The notes beneath the pieces are model-generated. The model made no database searches. It was given only the letters and a program-made list of their open reading frames with translations, and was not told the DNA's origin. From Takakia lepidozioides (lineage: Eukaryota > Plantae > Bryophyta), in the NCBI GenBank assembly GCA_030704615.1, contig CM060733.1, forward strand, positions 52,080,001 through 52,144,000: DNA of 64,000 bases, in the 5' to 3' direction. Of this stretch, positions 14,079 to 27,579 are shown one piece after another (within the stretch, counting starts at the first letter, position 1; each line of letters opens with the position of its first letter). Position numbers and translations under genes: made by a program.

Positions 14079-15101
14079 TCAATAGCTTTTTGTGGACATA
14101 GAGTTTTCCTCATAAAGGTGTATACGTTGCGAGACCTCCCTATCCAAGCGCTGTAGAGTGTTTTGGAGCTGCTCCAGATTCACCATCTTTTGTTGGATAG
14201 AGATTTCCCCCCCGGAAGGTGTGTACATCACGAGACCTTCTCGCAACAACCGCATGTAGCGGTCAACTGTATCCATGGCGCTCAATGTATGAGGGCTAGA
14301 AACCTGGTGTGTAGCAGCAGCTGGTATGGCATCCCCGTGCATAAAATCGCTGGAAACCTGGTGTGCAGCAGCAGCTGGTATGGCATCCGCAAGCATAAAA
14401 TTACGTCGTTTTCGCAACTTACCTCCAAGCGTGAAGGTAAAATGGGGGCCGCAGGATCCGCTCTGACAAACGCAGCGAGGTTGACCCTTCGCCAGCCCAT
14501 TGTTCCAGTAGAGAAATTTGATGTTCTCTGACAGGCACAGAGGACATCTTTTGTCCCCCTGGTAATCCATGAGCGCCAGGCCGCCGTCTCCTCCTTTATT
14601 ACGCTTTCTAGAGCGTACAACACCAAGCAATTGGGAGGATGAATCGAGCTCCAGCTCTGGCCACGCCTCTCCCTGTGTACGCTTTCTAGAGCCTACAACA
14701 CCAAACAATTGGGAGGATGAATCGAGCTCTACCTCTGGCCACGCCTCTCCCTGAACAACACCAAGCAATTGGGAGGATGAATCGAGCTCTACCTCTGGCC
14801 ACGCCTCTCCCTGAACAACACCAAGCAATTGGGAGGATGAATCGAGCTCCAGCTCTGCCCACGCCTCTCCCTGTGTACGCTTTCTAGAGCCTACAACACC
14901 AAACAATTGGGAGGATGAATGGACCTCTGGCCACGCCTCTCCCTGAACAACACCAAGCAATTGGGAGGATGAATCGAGCTCTAGCTCTGGCCCTGCCTCT
15001 CCCTGAACAACACCAAGCAATTGGGAGGATGAATCGAGCTCTGGCTCAGGCTCTAGCTCAGGCCACAACATGAGATCTCCAGCGAGTGCAGTAAAGTCCA
15101 T
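14079..15101 (-). CDS. Divergent Dof-type zinc-finger protein with N-terminal tandem peptide repeats (340 aa, intronless)
   Basis: CPLCLSENIKFLYWNNGLAKGQPRCVCQSGSC...FTFTLGGKLR matches the Dof pattern CPRCxSxNTKFCYYNN...QPRxxCxxC...WTxGGxLR; the ORF is open. Confidence 0.75.
   Translation of the reverse strand: MDFTALAGDLMLWPELEPEPELDSSSQLLGVVQGEAGPELELDSSSQLLGVVQGEAWPEVHSSSQLFGVVGSRKRTQGEAWAELELDSSSQLLGVVQGEAWPEVELDSSSQLLGVVQGEAWPEVELDSSSQLFGVVGSRKRTQGEAWPELELDSSSQLLGVVRSRKRNKGGDGGLALMDYQGDKRCPLCLSENIKFLYWNNGLAKGQPRCVCQSGSCGPHFTFTLGGKLRKRRNFMLADAIPAAAAHQVSSDFMHGDAIPAAATHQVSSPHTLSAMDTVDRYMRLLREGLVMYTPSGGEISIQQKMVNLEQLQNTLQRLDREVSQRIHLYEENSMSTKSY
14605..15045. repeat. 60/72-78-bp coding tandem repeat (7 copies) in the Dof-like ORF
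   Basis: Unit ACAACACCAAGCAATTGGGAGGATGAATCGAGCTC...GGCCACGCCTCTCCCTG, encoding ELDSSSQLLGVVQGEAWP. Confidence 0.92.
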
Positions 15102-18100
15102 TGCAAAGGAACGCAGACAGACAAGGCGAGGTACTTACACAGCAGAATCACGACGAGAGCCCCGCAGCTGTGCCTCACCCACAAGGCCATGCAAACCACC
15201 GACACCAAAAGCTTGTAGTGGAACCTCCGATTTGCACGAATGTCATCCAAAGAGCCCCACATCCCATCCGATTTGCACGAATGTCATCCAAAGTTGCGTG
15301 AGCCCGCATTTAAGGGACAGCTATTATGGGACATGCCAGCGCCAATTGGTCAATCATTTATCCCATATCGTTTGCAGTTTGCACAACGTCCCCTCCCCTA
15401 TAAATGGGCACTTAGACAACAATAGTCGCACAGTTGACTTGTCGCTCCAATCCTGCGACAGGGAAGCTGTTCAAGGCAAGGGGAGGCATCGAGAAGAGAG
15501 CGAAGAGCCAAGGGCGCCTTAAGAAAGAGAGGCACCATAACAAGATGTTGGCAGCGAGAGTGAGAAGGAGAGCGAGAGGACCACTTTGTCTCCAAAGTGC
15601 AGTCGTAGCTGTGTCAATTTTTGTATGAAGGGCGGTCAGTTGCATAAATCCAGAGAGAGACTGGGAATCCTGTAGAAGTGGAGAAGTGAACCATGTTTCA
15701 AAGAGGAATGTGAAATCTGTTCTTAATAGAAATGTGTGAACGGGAAAATTGTCTGATCACAAGGGATTGGAAAGGCTTTTGTATATGAGGATCGGTTGCT
15801 GGACTTCAGTTTGCAGATTTAAATTAACCCCTAAAGCATGGCTTCAGCAGGACTTTGCAAGTTGGTGAGTCACTCCATGTCGGTCGGTCCCGCATTTGCC
15901 TTCCTGTCAGTCCTGCATGGGGATGAGCATTTGCATTGCATTACATTTGTATGCATTCAGTGTGCATTCTGAATGGACACGACTACAAAAAAGGGGGCAA
16001 GTGTTTGGCCCGGCTAAGCACTTGCAGTCGGACCAAATGCGAGCCACTTCTGGCTGGGCATCCCGGTGGGTTCGAGTCCCTCTTGGCTCATGGCCTTTTG
16101 AAGGCCTCCGAAGGGTAAGTACTTGCTTCTGTCTTCTGCCAATGTGAAATAACAATCTGACAACAGGGCCTGGTGCAGTTCCTGCATACAGGAAAGGGAT
16201 GGTTGCATTGTGATTATCATTTGGCTGTCTGTATCGGTTTGTATTTTCTGTTGCCTGTGAACTCCCGTGTCACTTTCTGGCCCCAACGCAGGTTTGTAGT
16301 GTGTGCATACGCATGAAGGCTGTTTCGACTGGACCATTGCCTTTGGAAAATTCTCATGGGCCCACCTCATAGCTCGTAAAGCATTTTCTAACTTTTAGAC
16401 TACGATTGGTTTCACTCTAGGGCACGAAGTGGTGCTTGGATTGAGACTAGTGACTGTTCTCGTTCTTGTTTCACGTACCGCGTAAAGTAAGGCTTACATC
16501 ATATGATCAAATTCTGCTGCTTGTAGTTCTTTCAAACTTTAGAGAGCACAATGTCAGCAAGGCATTCTAATTTTTTTGGTTGGGCTGACCTGCAGATTTT
16601 GCGACCAGATATCTAGGTCTCTCTGTCCAATCTAGAGAGGCTCTTGTTCATTGTATAATCCCGTCAAAGTTATGATTGGTGTGATGGCCGTATGAATTTC
16701 TGCCTCAGCTTTACGATAATAGAAAAGTCAAGGTATTAAGTATAACAGCTTCTCTAAGCATGCTTTTGTTTTCCAAAGAGGGAAGGGAGAATGTGTATTT
16801 TTGGTTAGGTCATGCCGATGCTTACTGTGGGATGGTAGTTATCCATCTGATGGTCTCATCTCTGTGCCTGTAGGTGCAGTGTTTACACTGGATTGTGATC
16901 TCCCTCATTTATGCTGTCGGGCTGGACGGGCATTGCTGCCTCATTTACCAAGAAAGCATCAGGAGCTTAGGAGGTAATCCTGCCCTCCTATCCCCTCCCT
17001 CTCTCCTAGCCTCTCAAGCGTGTTTTTCTTGCATTCTCTTGACCTCCTGTCTAACTTTCCCCATAATTCACGTGTTCTGGTTTAAATTCTAAGTTTACCC
17101 ATCACAGCAACTCATCCTTTGCATCAAGGACACCTGGCAGGGTTGCTGTAGGTAGTTGAAAGAGCCACCATATGGGTACCTTCATTTACTATTACCAAAC
17201 TGATTGGTATTAGTATACCTTTCTCAGACTTTCCTCCATTCCAGCTAGAAATCAGAGAGCAAACGTGCAAGGGTTCAGCAGAGGATGTGCCGTCCTTTAA
17301 GGGATTTCCTCCGATGATGGAGAAGCCCAAGTTTTGGTGGCGCATTCTGGCCCTTGAGTGAGACTTGGATGTATGCAGAGACTGCATACAGTCTGCACTC
17401 CTTTATTGAAGACTATGAGTACATACCCTTTTCTGATTCTTATCGGTTCCTTACCTGGATGGTTCTTGCTTGCATGTTTCGTCGGTGCATATCTTGGTGT
17501 GGTGCGCGGTGAATGACTGGGTGCCACAGGCAGTTTACTGGGGAACATTCAGGGCACACTGCTGGCTAGCAATCACATTTGCGTTTCCTTCCATAGTGCT
17601 GGATTGCATTAGGTGCGCATTAAATGGCATGTATGCTGATGTGCCCTTTTTGTCAGATGCATCCTACATGCAGATCCCTTATGAGTGAATGGAAAGGACA
17701 GACTATTGCAAAATGCAATTCCTCGTGCAAGTTAATGTCACATTGTTGGAGGCTTAGTTGTAGAGTAGATAGGAAGAAGGAAAATCGCCTTCAAGGTTAT
17801 GTAAAGGTCAGAGTGAATGGTCAAAAAATGGCTTGGGACTTGGTTCAATATTGACAGTGTTTTATCTGGCCTGTCTCAGTTCATTCCTGAGAGGTGATCA
17901 TTTATAAGGTGAGATGACAGTTTGACTCTAGCAGCCCAATCGTCGAAGTTTGTTCTTCATACAGTTGTCAGAAAGCTGGGATGCTAGCATCTGCAAGATT
18001 CATGGCTATTTGATGTTGCAGAGTTGATGTCTGCATACGTAGTTCACAGTTCCAGGATTAAGCTAGATATGTCAACTAGAAGGTGACAAGGCTTCCTCCA

Positions 18101-19899
18101 GGACACCTCAGGGTTTGGGCTTTGAATCAATACATATTTAACTAGAAGGAGTCTGCATCTCTGGACCCACTTCAGGGTTTTGGGGTTTGTATCAAAACCC
18201 TAATCCATGAATTTGTGTAAATAAGAGTTGGAGGGAGGGGTGTTGGGCACATTTCTCCTACTAAAATCGTGAAAGGCTCACTTCAAGGACTTCTTGTCTG
18301 TTCTGTGTTGACTTGACTCGGAGTATTGTTACCTTCCTTGGGAGAGAGGAGAGGAGATAGAAAAAAATCTGCAGAGATATAGTTAGAGTGGCCAGCCCAG
18401 TGGGGAATAGTACATAGTACATGATTGTACTGTTCAGTATGAATAGTATAGTATACAGTACTCTATGTGAAGATCTGTTAAATTTTCCTGTTGTGATGAC
18501 AAACTTATTCCGGCATGACTTTGAAATCAGATCAACGGTGTATCATGGTAATGTGACCAAAGAGACAACACATAGAGGAAATCATCAAGAGCTTGTTCTT
18601 GGTGCATATTTTGAGCCAATGTCTACAAATAAATATGTGAATGAGAAGCTGAGATGGTAGTGCGTAGTCTCCGCACCCCATGATTTGCTTGATTGCAATT
18701 TTGAAGGCCATATTCTTATTCCACTGGTACCAGTGAAGGCATTGTGTAGAAGATTAGTCCAAACAATTGACTCCAATCTTATTTCTACAAGACTACTCTG
18801 TTCAATGAGTCACACTAACTCTGGTTCACAATAAGAGGAGCTTATTCCTCTGAATCCAAGCATTCGAATATCCCAAGAGAATCCATGTTTTGCTACTTGG
18901 CTTCCGGCACTACACATGTGCTCTCGCATGTTTTTGATGCATTGCAGATGGCTCTGCTAGAGTAGAAAGGCATGCTACTCTTCATGCGTTTACAAGATCA
19001 TCACTGCAACCAAAGTTGCATGCCAGGTCTCTCTTATCACATAAGCTTCAAATTTGTTGAACCACATGTTACGTCTGTGTGAATGCCAGCCACCATGGAA
19101 AGAGGATCTCAAACTCGTTGAACCGCGCAGGTTCTGTTTGTCAGTGGCGGCGAATGCACCCAGCAACATCAGCTACCCCGTTTCTCCCGCTCTTTGCTGG
19201 CCTGCACATACGTAAACTCCGCGTCAGGTTCTTCCCGTGGAATGAGTATAGCTATGATTCGACTTACTTTCACAAACATAGTGTACTAGTTCAACCCTTA
19301 CTCCACATACACCAGGGGAAGCACAATGGGGGAGTGGATGGAGAGCAGAGCAGGGATGGAGCAGTCTCGCCATAGGATGAGAAAGTATTCCTGGATTGCA
19401 GAAGCTGAGAAAGACTAGACGTGATATTTATGACGCCACTCCATTCTTGGAATACTATCCCATCTTGCACCACTGGTCAGAAAAGCACTTACACTGTTCC
19501 GATCATTATGCCCAGATAGCTCTTATCTGACCCATTACTTGGCAATGATAGAAAAATGTTGAAGCTCAAAGATCCAGCAGAGAGTCATAGCAAAATGAGT
19601 GTATCACAATTGGGTGCCTGTTGGATGAGTCGGCATCTTGGGGGGTTGAAGGGTTAGCAGCAGACTGGCGAGATCGCAATAACTTCAGAATGTTGGCCTC
19701 GACAGAGTTCTCCACAAAGACCCTACATCCATTGACCCCATCTGGAAATCGGTAATCTCAACATGATAGTCTGCTGACTTCTTTTTCGAGCAACCATCTT
19801 TGTTTGAAAAAACCAACGATAGCTCTAATCGATGAAAACCTGTACAGCTTTATTTACAGGCACGAGGTATTTGAACATATGATAGAGAAACCCAAAAAC

Positions 19900-21575
19900 C
19901 TGGGAAAGAACAAAGAAGGGAGGAAAGGGAAGCAAGTTAAACTAAACTATTCAAACTTCTCAGTCATCCTAGCCTATTGCCTGAAGTAGGGCGGAGGGCA
20001 ACATGGGTGCAACGTCTGGGAGAGTTGGGAGGTGGGATGAAACCGATCCAGCTATGTCTGCCCGATGTAAAATGGCCATTGCTTGAGCTTTGTGTAATGC
20101 AACGGCCACTTTTTGTCTGTAAAAGGCCACAAAAATGGAGGCATAAGGAATGCCCGTGGTCTTGTTTTGGGCCGCTTCATGGGCACATGAACGGGGTAGG
20201 TCGTCAAACTCGCGATGGAGACAGGCGAATATCTCTACAGCCAAGGGGATGAAAGTGTCGGTAGGATTGTCCCGATAGTCGCGTTCCTTGACTTGAGCAG
20301 CAACCGAAGCTGCGGAGCCCTGAGAGGATGTCGAATGTAAAAGCAGGTTGGATCGGGTAGGGTCGGCAATGACAATGTCGGCTAGGGTGTGAAGACCATC
20401 TTTAGACAGGATGATGTCGACGCGTCGTCGTGTGGACTGAAGAGTATGAGAATGGAGGACATGAGATTGCTCTCGCAGGACATGGAAACCAGTCTCTTGC
20501 GTAATCGATGCGACAGCATCTCGGACGATGTCATGGGTGGCACTGCGATCTCCCCCACATGGACATCGAAGGAGGTGGACAGCAAGGGCGTTGATAGGCT
20601 GGTGACAAACACAATGTCACAGACCTAACACAGAAAGATGCGGGCTAGCTGTGGCAAAGATGGGTGATGACAAGCGAAAGAGGGTGATGGTGGGTCGAGC
20701 TGTCAACCATGCGCCTGCACCTGGCCTTGCACAAGATAGAAGCCTGACATGATGCACATCAGAGGAAGAGCTAATGGAAAGCATGCTGGAGAAGAAGTGT
20801 TGGTGCACACAGTCTAGGAGCGTTTCATGTAGGTGATCAATGCCTTGGGCAAGCAACTGCTCGAATGGGGGAAGATGAGCTCATGTTGGTGCTGGAAGAA
20901 GATGTCGTGTAGAGCGAAGATGTTGTTGGAAAGGGAAGATGCCAATGTCGACGTGAGCAATGGGGTCCATGAGTAGGGTTCGTTGATTGCACAAAAAGCG
21001 GGATGCAAGGGCAGGGGCAATCAAAGCCCAGCTGCCCAAGAATGCAGAGGGGGAAGTGTTGACTGTGAAGAGCAAACCTACACCTCCAAAGGAGATGGAC
21101 AGCCTGTTGGCGCGCTAGAGCTCCCTCGGATCCATCCAAAGCCCCCGGTCCCAGAAGACGACCTTGAAGACGACCAAAGATATTCATGATGGTAACATCA
21201 AACCCGGACAATAACCGCAAAAACTCAAGGGTAGGGGAGAAAGTCCTGAGAAGATAGGATGGCCGCTGGATGAAACATTTTGTTAGGATGTCATACGCTA
21301 CCTGTAGGTCCCCGAGGCGAGGAAGGAGGTCGGAATGAATGACATCTTGATCAAGGGCATTCTCCAAGAAAGATGACATGAAAGAGGTGGTACCAAGGGG
21401 GACGCCCATGATGCGAATGTCGTCAGACGGTGTGATGAAGTATGCAGGAGGTACAAAGTCTGGGGGCAAGCCGGCTGGAGACCATACAACACACTCGCGA
21501 GGTTGAACTGATAGCCCCACACCCTGAAGCTGAGCGGCAAAGTGGTTGTACGCATGAAGCAGCTCGGAGGCTGAG
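19900..21575 (-). mobile_element. 3' half of a CRE-like (restriction-like endonuclease) non-LTR retrotransposon, degenerate
   Basis: SASELLHAY...GLSVQPREC...IRIMGVPLG, PSYLLRT, GAGAWLTARP, and AFYRQKVAVALHKAQAMAIL (RLE C-terminus). Confidence 0.8.
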
Positions 21576-22122
21576 CGACATAATCCTATATGGATGTAGA
21601 GTAGAGTGTCAGAGAACAAGTGTAATCAAAAAATTAGGTTCAGCCAACAGTATGGAAGGAATGTGTGCCAAAGTAACCTTTTGGAAGGGCTCGATGGCTT
21701 GGGCACGTTTCTTCATGGGCATGTCACCGTTTTATCATTGCTTGCCTTCAAATGGGGCAAGTGTTTGGCCCAGTCAAGCACTTGCAAATTCCCCAACTTT
21801 GGACCACATGCAAGCCACTTCTGGCTGGGCATCCCAGTGGGTGTTCTGCTAGCTATGGATTTGCAAGTAGTCCGATGACAGTAGGAATGGATGGACAAAC
21901 TCTATAGAATACACCTTCTCTCTATTGTGTTGAATGCCTACATACCACCTGCTTGCAAATTTGCAAAAGACGGATTTGCTGGTAAAAGATGTCTACAGTA
22001 GCAGAGTCCTTGCACTCATGTCATCCAGACTCTTGCATTCACAACTCATATATTATCTCCAGGAGCACAAGCTATCCACAATTATACAACCGATTGTGAA
22101 GTAGTGGTGGTGCTTGTGGCAG

Positions 22123-22620
22123 GATCCACCAACGACAGTTTTTTTTGTTGTCAATTCGCACAGGAGCTGTGGGCATCACACTAACAGCCGCCTCTCATGT
22201 CTACATGGTGTGTCATCCGTGTATAACCTCAAGGGCCATTCTTGAATGTTTGAGTTTGTCACTTCCGGTTGTCTCAACTGTGCTGCTTCCGTGGTTCCTC
22301 ATCAAAATTTGGGGTTGGGCTAATTTGATGTAGAAAAAGAAAAAGGGCTCGAATAAAGAATGAATGGATTCAGCTGGAGCGATGGTAAGATCGGCTGCAG
22401 TCATTTTGTAGTTCTACATCACTGTGTGGTTATGGATTGTCATATAGGTTGGAAAGGAGGACCAAGGATGCATCTGTGTGTTGCAACGTCCACTAATCTC
22501 GGAGAAATTCTTGGTTCTACCCCACTGCAAGATTCATCGCAACTGCTAACTTAATATTCTTTTGATCTGTTCTGTGTGCATCATTTGCTCAACAGCTGGA
22601 GCCCTGCCTCAATCCAGTAG
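22123..22620 (+). pseudogene. SNF2/RAD5-like helicase C-terminal exon fragments (second copy)
   Basis: LSIRTGAVGITLTAASHVYM and LEPCLNP, bounded by AG/GT. Confidence 0.7.
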
Positions 22621-23029
22621 TGCGTACTACTTGTCCCTATAGTACTTTGAAAACCGCTTATATTTTCTTATCTCTGTTGCCTACGCAACTTCATGCAGAC
22701 ATTTGTGCATTACTTGCCAAAATGTTGGTGCTATTATGGATTGCAATTGTCACCAACCAAATCTGAGGTTGTCTTAGAACAAACTTGAGGAGTAGGGATA
22801 GGTATGTGAGGAGGAAAAGAATCCCTGGAGAATTCCCTTATACAGAAGAATGAAGGATGAGTTGTCCGGAGAGGGAGACTTTAAATCCTTAAAGAGTTGG
22901 GGTACTTATTCATTCAGAGTAAGGCTTAGTAACTAGCATGCCAAAGATCCCCTATCGCAAAACCACATGTGCACAGCCTTTGCAAGTGATTGGACCTTAT
23001 GTAAAGTTTCTGATTAGGTAGGTAGTCTA

Positions 23030-24870
23030 GAAATCTAGAGTTGATTTGGTGCACAACACGACAGATACGGCGATGAGTGAAACAATAGAGAACGAGCGAG
23101 CAATAGAGAATGAGCGTGAAGCAAATAGAGAGCGAGTGGCAGCAGCGATGAGTAGCGATGGGACCCACGATGCTGACGGGATCCATGATGGTGACGACTG
23201 CGCAGCGGCCCGTGTAGAGGCGCCGTACCATGCCCCAACACCAACGCCTTCAAATGGATTCCAGTGGGGCCCCTCTACTGGAGTAAGCAATACACCACCA
23301 AATGGATGCTTCAATAGCAAAAGGAGACAACGATGACATAAGGCCAGGCAACGGCGAAGGACAGTGGAGTCAAGCGGCAACATCCAGCGACGACAGACAG
23401 CGGAGTCAAGCGGCAATACCCAGTGGAGAGTCGACAACTAGCCTGGACAGGAAGACGCTCCCGCACATGTACCACATCCACTGTGCCTATGACCGGGTCC
23501 TATTCTCCTCCAACCATAGCACCAACGTTTGTACCCCTACCCCAGCTAGTGGTATCCCCCTCACCCCAACCTCACCAGCAGGACGCCCCAGTGGTAGTGA
23601 TGGCTAGCAGTTTGCCACAATATCAACCCGACCTCGTTTGTCTTCCTCAGCAACATGACCCCTTGCTTGAAGATCCAACCGGCATGCATAGGCCCATCAC
23701 CACTCTTCCTCCACTCCGCCTTTCTGGTTGCACTCGGGGTCCCACAGAGGTCACCTCACCACCGGGTTCTCCATCTCGCTCAAGACAGCGGGTACATTCT
23801 CACTCTGGACCTTCTGCCCCTAGACCTCCCATTTTGCCGTCTCCTCCAGCAACTCCACCCCCTCCAGCAGTTCCACCATTTCCACAATCACTAGTTGTTC
23901 CTACTACAGAACGTATTCCTTGCTCGGCTTGCAGTCGCCTTTTCGCCCAAATCAGAGGTTTGGCTCGCCACCAACGCACTTGCACAGCCTGTCGGCAAGC
24001 TAACCATGATGGTTCTTTTGTGCCTACTCCCCTCGGTGTTTTGCAAGCTCCCCCTCCACCCACTGCATGGGCATGGCTCTCCTCATTGGATGTCCTTGGA
24101 GCTTTTTTATTTGGGATTACCCCGCCCCCGCCTCTACACACGTATCCTGGTCAAGAGGTCCAGCATTGCTTTCGCATGCCTCTAGACAAACTGGCCCGGG
24201 ATCCTGCTGACGTGTTGATGTGGTATCTTCTTCTGTTGTTTGCGTAGTGGTGCTTGGTTGCTGGTCATAGAGAGACTCGAATCCGGCTCCGATGCTTTCT
24301 CGCGGGAGACTGGGAGAATCTTCAAGAAGAGCATTATCTCCAAGCACAAGCCCTGGCAACACGTGCTCTTACCGACACATCGACTTGAAACACAACCGAG
24401 TCTGGGTGGAGGTCGAGAATAGCCCGAATCCCATGTACCACAGCCTCACAACCGTCTGGAGTGGCAACACCAAACTGATGTGGGAAGAGGTGGGTAGATA
24501 ATGCATCACGGTACTGCATGACAAGGGAATGGTTGACAAGATGATACAAAACTTCCCCGATGTCAATGGGACGGATGCCATTTCCAGAGTGCTTGGCCAT
24601 GGCTAGTAGTCGGGAGACTCCGATAATACGTGCCACTGGAGAGGATGCGGCCAGCGGTGATGAAGGAACAGACTTGAAATAGTTGAGAGAAGCCACTAGC
24701 AGAGTCTTGTGGAGAGAAACAGTCGCGCAAATGTATTTGCAGCCCCTCTTTCCTACAGTCACCATTCTCGTACATGTGACTACACTGTCATCCGGTCTGA
24801 GGTTGGCACCCAACAGGGGGATCCTTTGGGGGACCTTTGTTTGCCATGGCACATATGCGCACCCTTATGT
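23030..24870 (+). mobile_element. 5' part of the CRE-like retrotransposon (Pro-rich region, C2H-C zinc finger, RT with an internal inverted block)
   Basis: PCSACSRLFAQIRGLARHQRTC on plus. RT motifs IRPIDIGE...HQFGVATPDGCEAVVH...QVDV lie on minus (about 24370-24740). SEVGTQQGDPLGGPLFA is again on plus (24785-24870). Confidence 0.8.
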
Positions 24871-27570
24871 GGGGATTGCTAAACCGTGAGCAGATTCTGT
24901 GAGCAGAATTCTGCTCACGGATCTGCATGTGCTCACCTATAACCGCGGACACCTATTCGGCCTAAAGGACCTATTACTGCGGGTTGTGTCAAGTATATCA
25001 TGCATACGTCATTCATCGTTATGGATGAACGATGGATGAATGGGGGATGAAAGGATGTTCGACGAATGGTACATGGATGAATGTAGTTTCTAGATGAATG
25101 CAAAACTAAGATGCATTTTTCAGTAGTGGTTGCTAAATCCCCCTACCTCTAGAGTGAACTTATGCCCACTGGTGAGGGTTGTGATTGTCCTTTCATCAAC
25201 AATCAGAAGTCGACATAGTTGCTGACACACATTTGCAAAGAAGTTGGAGAGGCCATTTGGTGCTTCAAAGCAAATTGTTTAATAACTAAAGATTCATTCC
25301 AACGAAGAATATTTTGTGCTACTGGAGTCGGCGTCCAAAACGAAGGCAGAACTGTCTATGAAGACACTAGCCCTGCTTTGCACAAAACCCTCTCTATTTA
25401 AAAGCAAACCAGGGGGAGAAGAGAGGAGACTAAATTCCGAAGCTGCAGCCTCCGCATGGCAATTTAAAATCTGCTTTCGGACTTGGGAAAAATTGCAGGT
25501 TTGCAAAGAAAGGGAGGACCCGTGGCGACCTTGGGCTCCTGTACACACAAACAAACAATGTAAGTCCATATACATTCAACTGGCCCAACTTGTGCATGAA
25601 AGATGGAAATGGAAGGATGCGTCGTCGTGTCAGTGAATTGCCACAACTGAACTAGCACTTACTCACATGAGAAATCGGAATCAACATCTAGAGCATCGGG
25701 CTCTTGCAGATCCGGCTCCACAACAATGTTCTCAGTCTGGGTTGAATGCGATGAACCCCCAGACAGAGGTGCGATGACTTGAGAGTAGAGCTGCTCGTCC
25801 CCCTCCATCCCGAAAAAATGCCTGCCTGCATACTTGCATGCATGGAAGGAAGCCCCTGCAACAGTGCAAATGGATCCACGAAACAAAGTAAGAAGCACAA
25901 TCTGAAGGCAAAGAAGTGCACCCAAGAAATGGAATTTGATTGGGCACCAACCTGTTCCCATGGACAGGTCCACCACTTTCCCACCATGCCGGCTGCATGT
26001 CTCAATCAAAGTCTGCATGAAAGCGGGTGACTTCTCCCGAGCACCTCTCCATGGAATGCCACGAGTTTTTTTTAATGTTTGGGAGGAGTCCACATAGTTG
26101 TGGATAACATCGGATTCCACAGGGTCGCATTCCGGGTCTATGTGAAGCCCCCCTTCCCAAACGTCAAAATGGCCAACATGAGCAGGAGTGGTGTCTGGCC
26201 GAATTCAAGCAAGACAAATGGCCTTGAACACATGTGTCTGCAGCAGCACCAATGTTAGAAACGTTGTTAAGGGAAATTCCACGAAACAATAACATACAAA
26301 AAAGCCCAGGTGAGTACCTTTTGCCCGGAAAACTCTGCACTAGATAGTGGCAGGGTGTTGACACAGGTCCAAATTTTGCGGATTTTGAACCCCGAGGACT
26401 TCATGTAGCTGTGAAGCATCCGGCGGGATGCCATGTCCTCACCCTGGAAAATCAAAAGCAACCCAGCGTCAGACAGAAACTTGTTGCTGAAAGAGAAGGC
26501 CCACTGCCAATAAAGTGGATTATGAGCATTCCAGGCTGGAGTCACATCTGTGGGAATGATATCAGGCACTGGAAGCCCATCTGGGATGTCAAGGATGACA
26601 AGATCTGTCGCGTAGGGCTGCTGCACTCCATTCACCCAACATGGCGTCCTCGTCACCTGAAATGAGGACAGGCAATCGAATGAGATTGACAAATTGCAGT
26701 GGAGACACCCGAACCAGTGATCCGTTGTACCGTGCATATTAAGATGTCATTGACGACACCTTAATACACCACCTACGCTCCCCCAACAATGCAACAAAAA
26801 TGACCAGATTACAATAGATGTGGCGTGCTCACCAAGGTGAGGAAAGAGCACAGATGGTCCCATGTAGGTGACTTGACACCCACGAAAGTGGACTTTCTTG
26901 ACTCTATCATATGGAGGAAGCTCACGTTGACCGTTTTACGCTGGAAGTGCGGGCCCACCACCCTGGACACACACAGCCGTGCTTCGTAAGGGCGTTTCTT
27001 TGCTACGACCTGTGTCTGCTGTTTCTTGGCAGGTTGCACAATCAAATCTACAAAACCCCCAGCTGGCCCAGCAGTATCAGGAGAGTCTGCCATTGCTTCC
27101 CTAGCAGCCCCAGCAGCCACTGAAGCATCCACTGTCTGTTTCCCCTTCTTTTTCTTCTTGCCGTCAGCAGGGGTGGCTGGTTTTGTAGGCTCTTTCTTAT
27201 TCAGAAGCGCCAAGGCTCTTTGCTGCAACTCCTCATCTGTCCGGGGGGCCAGTGAATCTGCGTTCTCGTTTTGATTCCTCATGACATTCTCCTCCCAGGA
27301 AATCGAAGCTCTGGGGCAGTCCACGTACCACCCACAGTCATGGTAATGTGCCCGACCCCAGTCCTTCACAATGCCAACAGTGTACATTGTGGTTTCATCG
27401 TTTGGGTTCGCCCATCCACGAATGAAGTCTGGATCCTCACTCAGTGTGTTCTCCAGAATAAGAACAAAGCGAAAGTACCTGCAGACAATAAGACCATTTG
27501 CTCGCGCTTTGATTCTGCTCACGCATCCAGGAATCTGCTCATAGGTTCTGCTCATGGCTTTGCTGCCCTC
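24871..27570. mobile_element. Element C: non-autonomous 2700-bp MULE derivative retaining methyltransferase exons
   Basis: 9-bp TSD CCCTTATGT (24862-24870 and 27571-27579). Imperfect TIR of about 40 bp (GGGGATTGCTAAACCGTGAGCAGATTCTGTGAGCAGA vs reverse complement GAGGGCAGCAAAGCCATGAGCAGAACCTATGAGCAGA). Excision restores the host RT frame. Confidence 0.92.
25294..27460 (-). pseudogene. 3' exons of the ParB-MTase gene (N6/N4 DNA methyltransferase-like), 5'-deleted
   Basis: DLVILDIPDG (DIPDG at 26576-26590) and KFLSDAGLLLIF, then PWRGAREKSPAFMQTLIETCSRHGGKVVDLSMGTG | intron 25856-25951 | ASFHACKYAGRHFFGMEGD. Confidence 0.85.
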
Positions 27571-27579
27571 CCCTTATGT

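Noticed and set aside
15400-18780. Possible host gene exons (GT/AG-bounded pieces)
   Set aside because: I could not assemble a coherent reading frame or recognise a product.
24990-25128. GGATGAA repeats ending TTTTTCAGTAGTG, resembling a CACTA end inside element C
   Set aside because: Only one end and no 3-bp TSD pair found.
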